Both the position numbers and the translations under genes were made by a program. A stretch of DNA of 64,000 nucleotides from contig OZ176056.1 in assembly GCA_964247055.1 (NCBI GenBank), forward strand, positions 5,704,001 through 5,768,000, in the 5' to 3' direction. This DNA is from Paragordius varius (lineage: Eukaryota; Animalia; Nematomorpha). Within the stretch, counting starts at the first letter, position 1. Each line of letters starts with the position of its first letter. The notes below the pieces were generated by a model that saw only the letters and a list, made by a program, of their open reading frames with translations, had not been told where the DNA came from and ran no database searches. Positions 50,471-63,388 of the stretch are shown in pieces.

Positions 50471-50703
50471 ATGGTTCACCTTTATTTATCCCCATTTTTG
50501 CAGCACATTGTACCAATTTAACTTGTATTGTTAAAGCAACTGTTCCCTTTTAATGCAATTATATTTATTTAAATGTTTCAAATATCTTAAGCAAATATGA
50601 TAGTTGTTAACAATTTTTTCGAATATAGTCAAATGTCACCAATTATTAACATCAATTATTATTACGCGCAATCTGCTCCAATAAAAAGGGACCTTTTGAG
50701 ATA

Positions 50704-51015
50704 CATTTACAGTTCGATTTCACCCTTAAACAATTCAAATTCACCTTTGAATTCAAATCCACCCTAAAAATCGATTATATATTTTCGGGCTAATATAACT
50801 CCTCATTAATATGAAATATATCTAAATGGCACAGTTAATTATTTTCTAATTTTAGACGAAATTTCATTTTTTCAAAATATAAAAAATATAAGTATTTTTT
50901 AATCTTAAAAAAACACTTAATTTATTTTAAGGTGAATTTGAATTGTTTGAGGGTGATCTTGAATTGTTCAAGGGTGAATTTAAATTGTTCAAGGGTGATT
51001 TCGAATTGCAAATGG
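50704..51015. mobile_element. MITE family C, copy 2
   Basis: TA|CATTTACAGTTCG ... TTGCAAATGG|TA with inverted 21-bp subterminal repeats. Confidence 0.8.
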
Positions 51016-51549
51016 TATATATCATAAATAAAGAATCGATAAAATATGTAAAAATTGGATCAAAAGTTTTAATTTTTTAATATCTTAACTTATTGTGCGC
51101 AAAGAGGTAAATTTTCGTTTCGATTGTTTGTAAAAATGTTATACATTCTAAACTATATAGATATATATATATATATATATATCTAACTCCTAATGATAAG
51201 TTTTATTCCGAAATTTGAGTGCAGAGCAATTAAATTTTTAAAGCAAAATATTTTAGGGGTTTTTAAAGCATCCAAAAAATTGTTGAAGATATCTTGATTA
51301 ATTGTCTGGCTTGTATAAGATGGTGTTCATAAAAGCTGCTCATATTTAAACAGTCATTTGGTAAGGCTATAGTACTGAATATTTCAGCGAGGGCGTTGAA
51401 ACCATTTCGACCACATACCATTATCAAGCGATCAACAGGGTCTTCAACATCTATTATGATCTTAAATTCAAAAGATAAAATTAATATCCTGTTTTATTTA
51501 ATCAGATTATTAGTATAAAAAAATAGGAATAGCAAGAATATGGAATTAC

Positions 51550-51724
51550 TTTAGCATAGGAAGTTAAAGCATTCGCATGATATGTTAGTTTCTGCTTATC
51601 ACTAACAACATATTGATAATTAGCATTGGGCTCGTTGGTAAAACTCATTTTGTCAAGATTAACATTCCACCAAATGCTCCTGATATTCCTTATTATCCCG
51701 TATGTGACAGACGTACCTGGTTTT
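51550..51724 (-). CDS. Putative internal exon (Y2) of the - strand family
   Basis: Flanked by TTATTAG| and |GTAATT, phase 2 to phase 0, 58 open codons KPGTSVTYGIIRNIRSIWWNVNLDKMSFTNEPNANYQYVVSD...; same phases and IWW motif as Y1. Confidence 0.55.
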
Positions 51725-52103
51725 CTAATAAAATTTATTATATCTCTATATATCCAAGTGAATAATCTTTAGAGCCGACACCAATTTGCTTATGCTTCAA
51801 ACGACTACCCGTAGCATTTAAAACAGTTATAATGATTAAAAATATTTTTATTAATTATTATATTATGCTTTGAAATTTCATATTTTTTCTATTGTACAAC
51901 AAAAATAATTCAAGAAAAGTTAAAGATTGGTTGCTTTATAAGTCAACAGGCAAATATTGATGTAGTCACATTTTTAAAGGTGTTAAAAAATATTATCACA
52001 TTATTTTACATTTTATTCAATACCCTGGTGGGAAAATCATCCAATGAGTATAATTGGAAAACGTCGAAAGAGGGCAGCATTCTAAACAAAAATAAGACGA
52101 GTT

Positions 52104-52134
<31 letters not shown>

Positions 52135-54719
52135 CATTTATAAGTATAATTATATCAATATTTTATTAATATTTTAGGTGTTTACATTAACTTTCATTTA
52201 ATTTGCAATTTGTTAAATAAAATTTATGTCAAAACCCTAAGGTCTTATTATCAAGTATGCTTATTATTGAATACTGATAACACTAGACAACAAATTTTAA
52301 CTTTTTTTAACTGCCATTCTTGTAAATTTAAAATTTATTTCATTAAAGTACATAATTAGTATATCTGAAAAGAAAATTGGTCTAGCATGGAAAAATTTTT
52401 TTATATTAAATTTTATCGATAATTTTTGGCCCCGATTTAACATTAAACTCGAAATTTCAAAAATTAAATGTTTTAGATATGAAGCCATGTATTTTATATC
52501 ATTCGAAAGAGCGCAAAAAACTGCATCTTTCAAATGGTAGTAAGTCATTTAAATCCATCGGATGTAAAAGTTATTTGGATTTAAATGGTCGAAATTTTCA
52601 ATCCTTAAATAAGTCAAGAATTTTCACAGACAAACTAATTTGAAAATCATATAAATTATTTTAATATAATTATTAGGGTTATATTAATATTTAATTTTAA
52701 AAAAATGTTTGAAAAAGCTTTTGGTTTGCTTTTTTAATAAAAATTATTATTATCATAAATATTTTACCTAGTGGATATTAAAATGCATAGTATAACTGTA
52801 AATTTTATACATAATAACTATAAAAGATCAAAAATACCTTAAACTTTGTTTTTATCTTTAAAATTTCGAAATTATCAGCCTTATAAAGAAAATAAATTAA
52901 TATTGATGAGATGGTAATTTTTTAAAAACAAAAAACTTAAAAATGGTTGTTTTGAGTGATATAAAAGCTATAAAAAAATGTTTTATTCAAAAAAAACTTT
53001 CTTGTGTTATTTTTTTTAACATTTATTACCATCTAAACAATGTTTGAGCTATTTTCATCCATTAGTTTTAAAAATATAATAATTAAAAAAAATGCTCTCG
53101 CTTCTCGCGTTTGTCGCTCTTTGTGTCCAATATTAACTGTCGTAATACATATTAGTATACATTTTATAGAGTTTATTTTACTCTTTCGAATGATATATTA
53201 CAAATTGGCATTACTTGTATATTTTCAAAAAAAAATATTTTCTAAAATTTTGATAAAGAGGGCGCATAATCAAAAAAATCAAATTATACAAAATTCTTCC
53301 AATGAGTTATATTTTTTATTTCAGATTTACTGTTAAAATGTTACTAAATATCCAAAAATTCAAAAAACTCGAGTGGCAGAAAAATTTGTTGTCCAGTGTA
53401 AAATTATATATGAATAATATATAATCACAAATATTATTTACAGAGCGAAGTTGCCAGGTGATTTTAAATTGTGTTAAAGCCTTGTAATTTACATTCAATT
53501 TAATAAATTTCACATAATCAATATCCTTATTTGATGGAAAAGTTATGTTAATGAAATGTAAAAAAAATTAGTATTTGTTGAATTTAGCACTTTATCAGAT
53601 GAGGTATGATACCGAAGAGCGATCATAAAATTTGATTAAGTTTTTAAAATATAGAGCAAAGGTTAAAAGTATTTTTTATTTAGCTTTTGGTCACATGCGA
53701 AATTATAAAAAATGTAAAATTGTTAAAAATTTAACACCTTATAGCATATATCTACACTATAAACCGATAATATACGGCAAATGTAAAAATATAAAGACAA
53801 ATATTTTTTGTAAATGACAACAATGCTTTTTAAATCTCGATAATATAACTCATTGTTTATATCAGTCTGAAATAGAGATAATTACTACAAAATCAATATT
53901 TTGGAGTTGAATAGCCACATGAGAAAAATAATGTTTTAAAAAGTTCGGTTGTCTTTTAGATAAAAATATTTGTCTTTATATTTTTTGGTCCGTATAATTC
54001 TATTTACTGTTCGCTTATACTACAAGAAATTAATGTATATTATTGTTAATATAAACTTTGAGAGCTTTTTGATATTTTAAAACCGATATTATTTATTAAT
54101 ATAATAAGATGTTTAGAAACGATGACACCACTCTAAAAATACTGTAAGGTATAAAAACTTGGTAGAAAGTGTGAGTTGTATATATATAGGGTTGTGTATT
54201 TGACTTCTTTTTCAAAAAAGTCCGGTTGCTTCAAGATTTAGTTATTAATGAATATAATACCAAAACAGCAGTAAATCAATCAGTAAATAACTACACACAA
54301 TTAAATAATTGGTCATGAACATACGGTGATGTGAGAATTAAAAAAAATTATAATGATTAAGTAAAGAAAGAGTTAAAACTATGCTATAACGGAACTAATG
54401 AAAAAATAGGGCTATCTCCACCTATTTTATCTGTTGTGGTAAGACATCAACTGGGATTTATGTAAGAAAATCATAGAGAAGTAGGCATGAACTAAAACTA
54501 TAACTTTGTATAGAGACGATATTGTTTGAAGAAATAAAGACATATAAGTATAGCAAATTAGCCATCTGACAAGAGATAAAGTTTGAATATTTGATTAAAT
54601 AAATGGACTTTATATGTTATTAATACATTATAAGTTATCATAATGATTTTACCTTGATTTCACACACGTGAATCTGAATATATGCATAATTAACCTTAAT
54701 GTTAGTTATTATATTTTAA

Positions 54720-55301
54720 TACTTGGATACAACACACTCATTTTAGTCCTTCGATTCAAATTGGGGTAGTTGGATACCCCAGGTCTGTTCAAAATCAAAT
54801 ACATTAAAAAGTATGGAGGGAATCAAAACCATGGCAAAATTTTGCACTTATATAACATTGATAAACCAAAATATATGAAAAAATTTATTCAAAAATACTT
54901 GATATTACTTATTTTGAGCTAAAACCGAAAGGTAAAAATTTCGTCGACGTGACATGTGTCAAATTTTAAAATTAAAAAATAATACAAAATAAACAGCTTT
55001 TTCTATTTCTATCAATGTTAGATGTAATTTTCATAAAAAATTAGCTTTAGTTTTACCCTTAAAATTAAATGAAGACGATATTTTGCAAAAATTTTGTAAT
55101 ATAAAAATGGCGTCGAAGTAGTTTGAGATGGAACTTTTTTTTCAAAACAAAATTTTATCAAGATAGTTTGGCATATTTATATAATATTTATCAGGATAGA
55201 AGCATAAATTTAAATTGGGACCGTTTCCTTCAGTAGTTTTTTAAAAATTTTAATTTAAATTTAGTCTGGGGTATTTAGATACCCCAATTTGAATCGAAGT
55301 G
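54720..55301 (+). mobile_element. TTAA-flanked MITE family A, copy 3
   Basis: TTAA|TACTTGGATAC ... GAATCGAAGTG|TTAA, colinear with 7958-8535. Confidence 0.85.
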
Positions 55302-55465
55302 TTAACCAATTGACATTAGAGTATCATATGCGTAAAAAACAAAAATGGTTTAAATTAAATTTTCATATCCTACACATGAGATTTTATATAATTTGGAACA
55401 AAATTTGTTCGATATCATATACTACTGTATTATCAATTAGCCAACAATAATGTGAATTAACATTG

Positions 55466-55467
<2 letters not shown>

Positions 55468-55506
<39 letters not shown>
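55468..55506. repeat. (TA)n microsatellite; similar tracts near 5519, 17618, 22900, 51165, 52105 and 59481
   Basis: Direct reading of the sequence. Confidence 0.9.
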
Positions 55507-55508
<2 letters not shown>

Positions 55509-56612
55509 AATTTTAGGTACCTTTTGTCTCAAAAATATAACCTATGCTTTTAAAAAATAAAATACGATAAACAGATATAAATTTTTGGCCTTTGACTGCT
55601 AAGCTCTAAGGCATGCCACACAAAAAATATCCCGATAAAATATATCTGTATATATGGATAGATAAATGTAGGATATGGTTTTGGTCCAAGAAAAATATAT
55701 ACATTTTTGTACTAAAGACTTTATATCAAAAAATACAAATTTTGCGATTATGGCAAATAGAATTTCTTTGGTGAGAGCTAAATGCTATATCCAAAAATTT
55801 ATAATATTTTAAGTATATTTGACAAGAAAAATTTTATATAAAATTTTATATAGTATGGCCTTCCATAATTTCAATTTTTTTGCTCCTAGGCTAGTTTTTC
55901 AAAAATAAAAGGCAAAGGTCCAACATTTTGCCATATGAATTCATTAAATATATTATGACATCAAAAAATTTTTTTTGAAATAATTTATATTCGTTTTAAA
56001 AATTTAATTTTTAGCAAAATTTTATAAACGGTATTTTATGGTATTTCAAAGTATCCTGAAAACAGGTAAAGATATTATAAATACAATTTTTCTTAATCAT
56101 ACCACGATCTATCCCACAAAATTTAGAGGTAGATTTGATTTTCATATTCGTTTAATATAAATCTATTTTTTACATAATAAAGGCATCTTTTATCATACAA
56201 AAAAATGTTTTAGCGTCATCTACTTATTAGAAAAATTGTAATATTATCATATACTGTTTTTAGTACGTATACATCATGTTCTTAAATGCCATAAATTACT
56301 CATAATTTCGCTAATATTATTTTTTGTTAAAGTATTTTTTGGAATATTTTTTAATGATGTCATAAACGATCATATCTATAAAATTCGCAAAGTCTCGCTT
56401 TTTTTGCGTTTATTTAATAAAACTAGCATTTTTTAGATTAGGCCAAAAATTGAGACTTTAGCCCACATCTAAAGGTCAAAATTGTAAATATTTTGCTTTA
56501 TATAGTATATTTGCTTCATCAACTTTGGATAGTTATGCTCCCGAACGAATAATCTATAAGTATATAAGGTAAAACTGCGTACGAAATCGGGTGGTATAAA
56601 ATAAAAGTTTGA

Positions 56613-57692
56613 CAGGGGCGTACCGAGGGGGGAAAGGGGGCGTATCATGCCCCGGGCGCCGCTATTTAGGGGCGCCTGAATGATTTTTTAAAATTATAAT
56701 TTAATTACGCAAAAATAATAAAAACTTTGAAAAGGGATTATTCAGCAATTTATGTAACCAGAAAATATTTTACATAAAAGATATTTTTTCTCTTAGTTGC
56801 CTTTTTCCTTTCCAAATGATGAAATATTTATATAATTAATATTAAATAAATTGCATTATAATTCTGTTAATGTATTGTAAAATTCGCCTAGATTTACAAT
56901 TATTTAAATTATTATTCTTCGCTATTATCATAAGATCACTTCAATAGATGCAACAAAACATTATTTTTATATATAACCTAGCTTAAAAAAAGGATAATAA
57001 AATAATCCGCATATGTGAATTATTTCTAAACATTATTTAATACCTATGATCTCATAGGAAATTTAAAACACTGCATCATACTAATATATTTACTTTGGCG
57101 AAAAATAGATTCAAAAAAATTATTTTTATGGACATTGTTTTTTTGAAAAAATGGCATTTTACGGGGGCGGGGGTGGGGGGAGGGGGGAAAAAGAGGGCCT
57201 TAATTTAAAAAGCGAGCCGACTATGTTTGGCGCAATCGAAAATTTGTTAAAAATCATATTTTAAATCGAATGGTCCAACACGTTTTCCGAAAAATTTTCT
57301 CAAAGACACGATTTTTGTGGACTTGTGTTTTCAAAAAAAAACCGTTTTTTACACGGGGTGAGCCCGAACTGGGGGCCTAATTCAAAAAAAGGGCGAAGCT
57401 ATTGTCGGGGCATTCATTAATGATTATTTTTATAAATATATAGATTTCCATATTATAGAATTTATTAGAATATTTATGTATTTAAAAATGAATAAATTTA
57501 GTATCATATAAATATAAAGATTCAATAGATTTAATTTATATGACTGTGCTGTCTTATCTATGGTGTTTAGGTTACAACGTTAGTATTTTTTTTACTAAAT
57601 TGTTTTATTGGCTTTTTTAAAAAAAAAGTGGGGAGGGGGGGCAGCAAAAAGGTTTTATGCCCCGGGCGCCGCAAAGGCTCGGTACGCCACTG
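56613..57692 (+). mobile_element. Non-autonomous derivative of the 47305 hAT family, carrying a family-B segment (57087-57425)
   Basis: TIR CAGGGGCGTACCGA / TCGGTACGCCACTG and the same subterminal ATGCCCCGGGCGCCG motifs. Flanking 8-mers do not match. Confidence 0.8.
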
Positions 57693-59481
57693 TAACTTAA
57701 TAGAATATATATTCTGATAGGAAAATGTTTCAGGATACGCTTTTGGTTTCGGCCCTTATAGAGCGATTTAAGAAAGTAATTTGCACTTTTTTTAGTACTC
57801 CATATCTAATAGCACATTTTTTGTAAAAGCTAAATGCTTCATTCCAAAAAATAACTTAAAATATCATAAACTACTATAAAAAACAAAACAATACTTTTTA
57901 AATATTTTAATTATTAAATGTGGGTTCCGAAAGTCCCAAATTCGCTTTTCTAATGTGGCCTAGTTCTTATAAAAACAAAATTCCGTTGGACGATAATTTT
58001 TAACTGCTAAATTTTGACATTAAAAAAATAATTTTTAAAAATAGTCAACTTTTTTGAAAAATAAATTTTTTTTGCAAAATTTTGTTGAAGCATACTCCAT
58101 TCTTTATTTAAGCATAAAGAAAACGGTATAAAGTTTTTAGATATTACGAAATGACTTTTTCTATTAAAATTAATAATGCTGAACGTTTATATCACCTCAA
58201 AATTCTGATTTAAATATTCGTTCGCCTTCAAATATATGTCTAATATAAATTGCGTTTTTTTATATTGAACAAAAATTTTAAAGAAAAGAACCTTAATCAA
58301 AATGTTCAGCACCACCAAATTATATAGCAAAAGGGTTTAACTATCTAACAGTAAATTGTTTTCAATGCTAAAAATATTTTAAAGTACGCTTAAATTATAT
58401 TTTACTAAAAATTAAATTTTTATAAAAAATATGAATTTTATTAAAATTATTATTGATACCAAAATTTAGTACATGAAAAAATTATCGCGCAATCGTGGCG
58501 TTCCGTTTTTTATCATTTTGATAAGCGAAAGAGTTTGGCACTTTCGATACCCACTTCTAAAAATTAAAAGATTATAAAAGTATTTCTTTGCTTTTTAGAG
58601 GTAATTTATAATGTATTTTAGTAATTCTTTTGGAATGAGGCCTTAATATTTTATCACAAAAAATGTGCTGAATTTGCCATTTTTAGGTTTAGAGGTTATA
58701 TCCCTTGTAAGGGACAGAAAAAGCACCACGATAATTCTGATACATTTTTCTATAAGGATATTTATTACAATGAACCAAATTATAAAATGTGCCTAATTTA
58801 TCTTTTTAGGCGCATGTTTAAAAATTAAAAGTAAACAAAAAATTGTGGAACACGCATTAAACATTTTCGCCGCCATTTTTACTCTTATATTATTTTATGT
58901 CGCTAAATGATGATGATTAGTCATAAAAAACTAACAAGATTTGAAGCTAAAATTAAATGGCAAATAGTTAATTATTTTAAATACTCTACGTTTCAATCGC
59001 ATTTTTGTTCCGAACTTTCGACTCTAGAAGTTGGAAATTGTAAAAGTATAACCTTGTAATATATTTATAGGAAATCAATGTTTAATAATTAAAATTATAC
59101 CAGAACTATTTTCAAAACGCGAGTTTATTTACAAATTTAATCATAGCGGTATTAAATATCTTATAATCGTTTACGGAAAATGAAAAGGTAATAAAGCGTT
59201 AATTGTTTTGGGGATTAATTTACAATCAAAGTGAAAATATTTAAACACATTCTAAAAAACAACAAGCATCATTATTCTGTTACATTTTTTATCAAAATGT
59301 ATATATTTATAAGTATTATCTATATTTTCCGATTTTGTGCACAAGTAAGGCAAAAAAATGTTTTTGATATTTGTCAAATATTAACATTTTGTCGAAAAAA
59401 ATCAGAAAATATGTTGATGATAAAAAAATATTTTAATATTTTAAGGTTTTTTAAACGTCAAGCATTGAGACACATATATGT

Positions 59482-59516
<35 letters not shown>

Positions 59517-59893
59517 TATTATATAAATTTTAACAAATCTTAGTTAAATACATATTAATTTATCTAATAATAAAATTATAGATATATAATTGATTCTAAG
59601 AAAAATATTTTTGATAAATTTGTTAGCCCTAATGGCAAACGCTATATGTTTTAAACGGTAAATTTTTGTTTAATTGTTATTATTTATTAATTTTATATTA
59701 CCAATATTCCATATAAATAGGCATGGCAAATATAAGAATAGAATATGAATAATTTTGATCATAGTATAAAAAATTTTTATGTTGTGCCTGATGTGGAGGA
59801 CACAGCTAGCCTAGCAAAAATCTTGCCAGTAATAGAGGTCTTATTAATTAAAATACATTAAGACTGGTAAAAGGTTAGTTAATATATATATTA

Positions 59894-61386
59894 CAATGTG
59901 TGCAAAAAAATTTTTAACAAAATTTTTTTTCATGAGATAGCTTATGACCAGCGCATTCATTTGCCGCAAAAAAATTTTATTTGCTAACAATCTGGTTTTT
60001 GAAATATTGAAAAAATATCAAAATCGGGCAAAAAGTGAAAATTAAGAATAATTAACCATAAATCAAGAAATAATGATAAATTTGAAATATTATGGTATAT
60101 CATTTGGGAGATATTTTCAATATATAAATAGCCTAAAATCTATAGTTAGGATTTCTATAAAATTTTGGCTCAAATGGCGTTTATTAACACATTTAAAAGA
60201 TAAAAAATGATGAAACTATATTATAATTTTTTTTAATTATTTACTACCTAAACTTTCCAAAACACTAACATCCATATTTTAATCAGTAAAACTTATATCT
60301 CAAAATAAAACCAAAAATATTGTTTTATATTTTTTGTCATCTGGTTTATGAGTGTAAAAAATTACACTGTTTTATTTTGGAATCTTACATGAGTACGATT
60401 ATGCAAAATAGGATTTAAAAGTAGTGGAGCATCTAACAATTTGTGCAAATCCCAATAAAATTTGTTGGTTGATATTCCACTACTTTTAAATCCTATTTTG
60501 CATAAAATATATACCAAAGAATTCCCACTTATGTAAGAATCCAAAATAAAACAGTATAAATTTTTTATACATTGATGACAAAAAAATGTAAATATATAAA
60601 ACAATATTTTTTGGTTTTATTTTGTTATACCATTTACAGTTTAAATTCACCCTTGAACAATTCGAATTCACCCTTGAGCAATTCAAATTCACCCTCGAAC
60701 AATTCAAATTCACTCTAAAAGAAATTATGTGTTTTTAAGATTAAAAATTACCTATTTTTTTATTAAAAAAAATAAAATTACGTATAAAATTAATATAATA
60801 ATGAAATAAATATTAACTATGCCATAAGAATATATTTTATATTAATAATGAGTTATATTAGCCCGAAAACACAAAATTTTTTTAGAGTGAATTTGAATTG
60901 TTCAAGGGGGAATTTAAATTGTTCGAGGGTGCTCGAGGGTGAATTTGAATTGTAAATGGTATATATATTTTTTCAATAATATGGATGTTAAGATTTTAAT
61001 AACTGTGATTTAGGAGTAAAATAATTTAAAAAAATTATTTTAATATAGTTTCATCAAAATTTTTTATCTTTTAAATGTGGCAAAAAAACGCCATCTTTTG
61101 AGCTTAAATTTTATAGAAATCTTAATTATATGATTTTAGACTATTTATATATTGAAAATATCTCCTAAATGATAAAAAACTATTATATTTATTTATCATC
61201 TTTTGATTTATCCTTAATTATCCACAATTTTCACTTTTTGCCAGATTTCCATTTTCCCTCAATATTTTAAAAACCAGGTTGTGGCAAATAAATTTTTTTG
61301 CCGCAAATGAATACGCTGGTCCTAAGTTATCTCATAAAAAAACAATTTTCGTCAAATCAAAATGACCCTCGTTTTGGCTCACAGTG
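59894..61386. mobile_element. Foldback-like element with ~440-bp arms and MITE C inserted between them
   Basis: 59930-60340 is the reverse complement of 60980-61340 (e.g. GACCAGCGCATTCATTTGCCGCAAAAAAATT / AATTTTTTTGCCGCAAATGAATACGCTGGTC). Confidence 0.75.
60630..60959. mobile_element. MITE family C, copy 3 (best preserved)
   Basis: TA|CCATTTACAGTTT ... AATTGTAAATGG|TA, with four 21-bp repeats on the left and inverted copies on the right. Confidence 0.85.
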
Positions 61387-61518
61387 TTAAACGAGTTTTT
61401 GCAACACTTTCCGAATTCTAAACGCATAAAAATATTACCAAAAAATTATTTATCCATTTATTTATTTGATGATGAAATATGATTCAATAATTTTTATATG
61501 TATATTCATATATATAAA

Positions 61519-61737
61519 TTAACACATAGCAAGCTTCTTCTTCAAAATCATCATAGGTGGAGTATTTTGATTCTTACCCATTAGGTTAAATAGATTAACT
61601 TGATAGTTCGATATATTAGGTACATTGTACGTGCAATTAATTTTTTCAACAAACGTATTTAAGTGATTAAAAGTTTTACTTTCCCATTTATTCCAAACTT
61701 GTAAAGTAATTCCCTCATGAGTTTGTTTCAATATAAA
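61519..61737 (-). CDS. Putative terminal exon (Z3) of the - strand family
   Basis: TAG|TTT phase-0 acceptor. FILKQTHEGITLQVWNKW...FVEKINCTYNVPNISNYQVNLFNLMG...TPPMMILKKKLAMC*; 37/70 identical to Z1 with conserved N-X-S/T sites and Cys. Confidence 0.7.
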   Translation of the reverse strand, partial: FILKQTHEGITLQVWNKWESKTFNHLNTFVEKINCTYNVPNISNYQVNLFNLMGKNQNTPPMMILKKKLAMC

Positions 61738-62955
61738 CTATAATTATTTATACATAGAGTTTAATTTAAGATGCAATATAAATTCAAGAAAAGCTTAAAA
61801 TGAGCTTTTTGGATATAACTTTGTTAAAAAACAAAAGATTACTATTTTTTACATCCGTTTGTTAATTTAGGAAACACTTAAAATGGCTTATAATTACGTT
61901 TGTTTAAAATAAATTATGTAATTTTGTATTATAAAAATGTTTAAATTATTTAAAAAGATCCAGGTATAAAGCTTTTTAAATTTTCGATTTCCTTATAATC
62001 ACAAAATAATAAAGAGATGTCAAACTTTTTTGCACATTTGACATTAAATAAACCACACCTTAAAATTTAAAGGGCTTAAAATATATTAATAAAATACTTT
62101 TTATATTTGTTTGGCTACGCATTCCAATTTGCAGCTTCCGTGTATTCGCATCATAATATTTTTATAAACTTAAAAAAGGCTTTTTCAAATTTTGGAAATT
62201 TTTGTTAAAGTTTTAAGGTTTTATTCTTTATGTTACTTAACTAGGTTGGCTATGGTGAATTTATAGCGTTTTAGACTTTTAACTAAAAAAGGTTATGCCC
62301 ATTATACTGATAAAGCTGTTTTTTTAGATTTCTCGGCGCTTCTTTCATAATTTAATTCCGAAGGCCATCACAATAAAATTGAGGCCCAAGCACTTTTAGG
62401 GATCAGAAAACTGACACACATTTTGATATGTAAAATCTTGTGTAATTCACAATTATGATTCAATAAAAAATAAAATCTTTCTAAATCCAAATTTGCCTGC
62501 TATTAAAGGCTATAGTATAAAAGGGAGGATGGATGCCTTTAAGATATTAAATATTTATAAAGGAATAACCATTATGAAAATAGTTTTTTTATAGTGATAT
62601 AATCTATATAGATAGTTACCCTAACAAAAACTACTTAAATAGTAATAATTCTAACTTCTAAAAAATGAATTTGCAGGCTAGATTTTCGATTTGAAAAATC
62701 GGGGGTGCGGCATTTAAAAGGCAACACGTAGGCACACATATATTATTTTTCAAACAAATTATTGTTAATCCCGCTGTCAAAATCAGATTTAAAATGTTAT
62801 TTTTTCTTTGAGTGCCGATCCAAGTGATAAATTTGATATAGAATAAGGAAATATTAAATTAATTGACCTTATATTTAAAAATATAAAATTCGAAAATTTC
62901 TGGATCACAAAATTTTAATTGATTAGAGGCACGTTAACATGTTTAATGTATATAC

Positions 62956-63056
62956 CTGCTCATTATTATTGAGATAATAACCAAACATATTTGATCCCGA
63001 AGTTTTTTTAAGAATGATTTGACACCTGCCGGTATACATGGGGTACGTGATGTTAA
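62956..63056 (-). CDS. Possible upstream exon for Z3
   Basis: TTTATAG|...CAG|GTATAT, 101 nt and GC-richer than its flanks. The phase 1-0 frame NITYPMYTGRCQII...NNNEQ would join Z3, but a second frame is also open. Confidence 0.35.
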
Positions 63057-63388
63057 CTATAAACTTACATATATAATATATTGATTATTTACATAAATTT
63101 AAAAATTTATTTTGATATGTTGCTAGAATTACCAATTATGTTAATTTTGGTTCCCGTTCTGCAATAATATCCCATATAATTATGTTGTAATTAATAAATG
63201 TACGAGAATTATCATGGACCTTTTGATATAAGTCTACGAATAATAAAACTCTGACCTGAATTTTTATTAGTAAAAGCAAATGTTTCATACCACAAAATGA
63301 CTAAAAATATCTTTAACTACATAAATAAGCCAAACCTCATAAGGTTTGAAATAAGATAATATTGATACATTGATTTTCTATATATTTT

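Noticed and set aside
51380-51430. Cytokine-receptor WSxW motif (DNGMWSKWF)
   Set aside because: The frame has multiple TGA/TAA stops on both sides; chance match.
60630-60959. CRISPR-like array from the 21-bp repeats
   Set aside because: The repeats are contiguous without unique spacers, mirrored at the two ends of a TA-flanked element, and the DNA is eukaryotic.
63060-63300. Definite gene model with a 22-nt intron at 63234-63255 upstream of the 62956-63056 exon
   Set aside because: Several incompatible frame and phase solutions exist, and one hits a stop. Left unresolved without transcript data.
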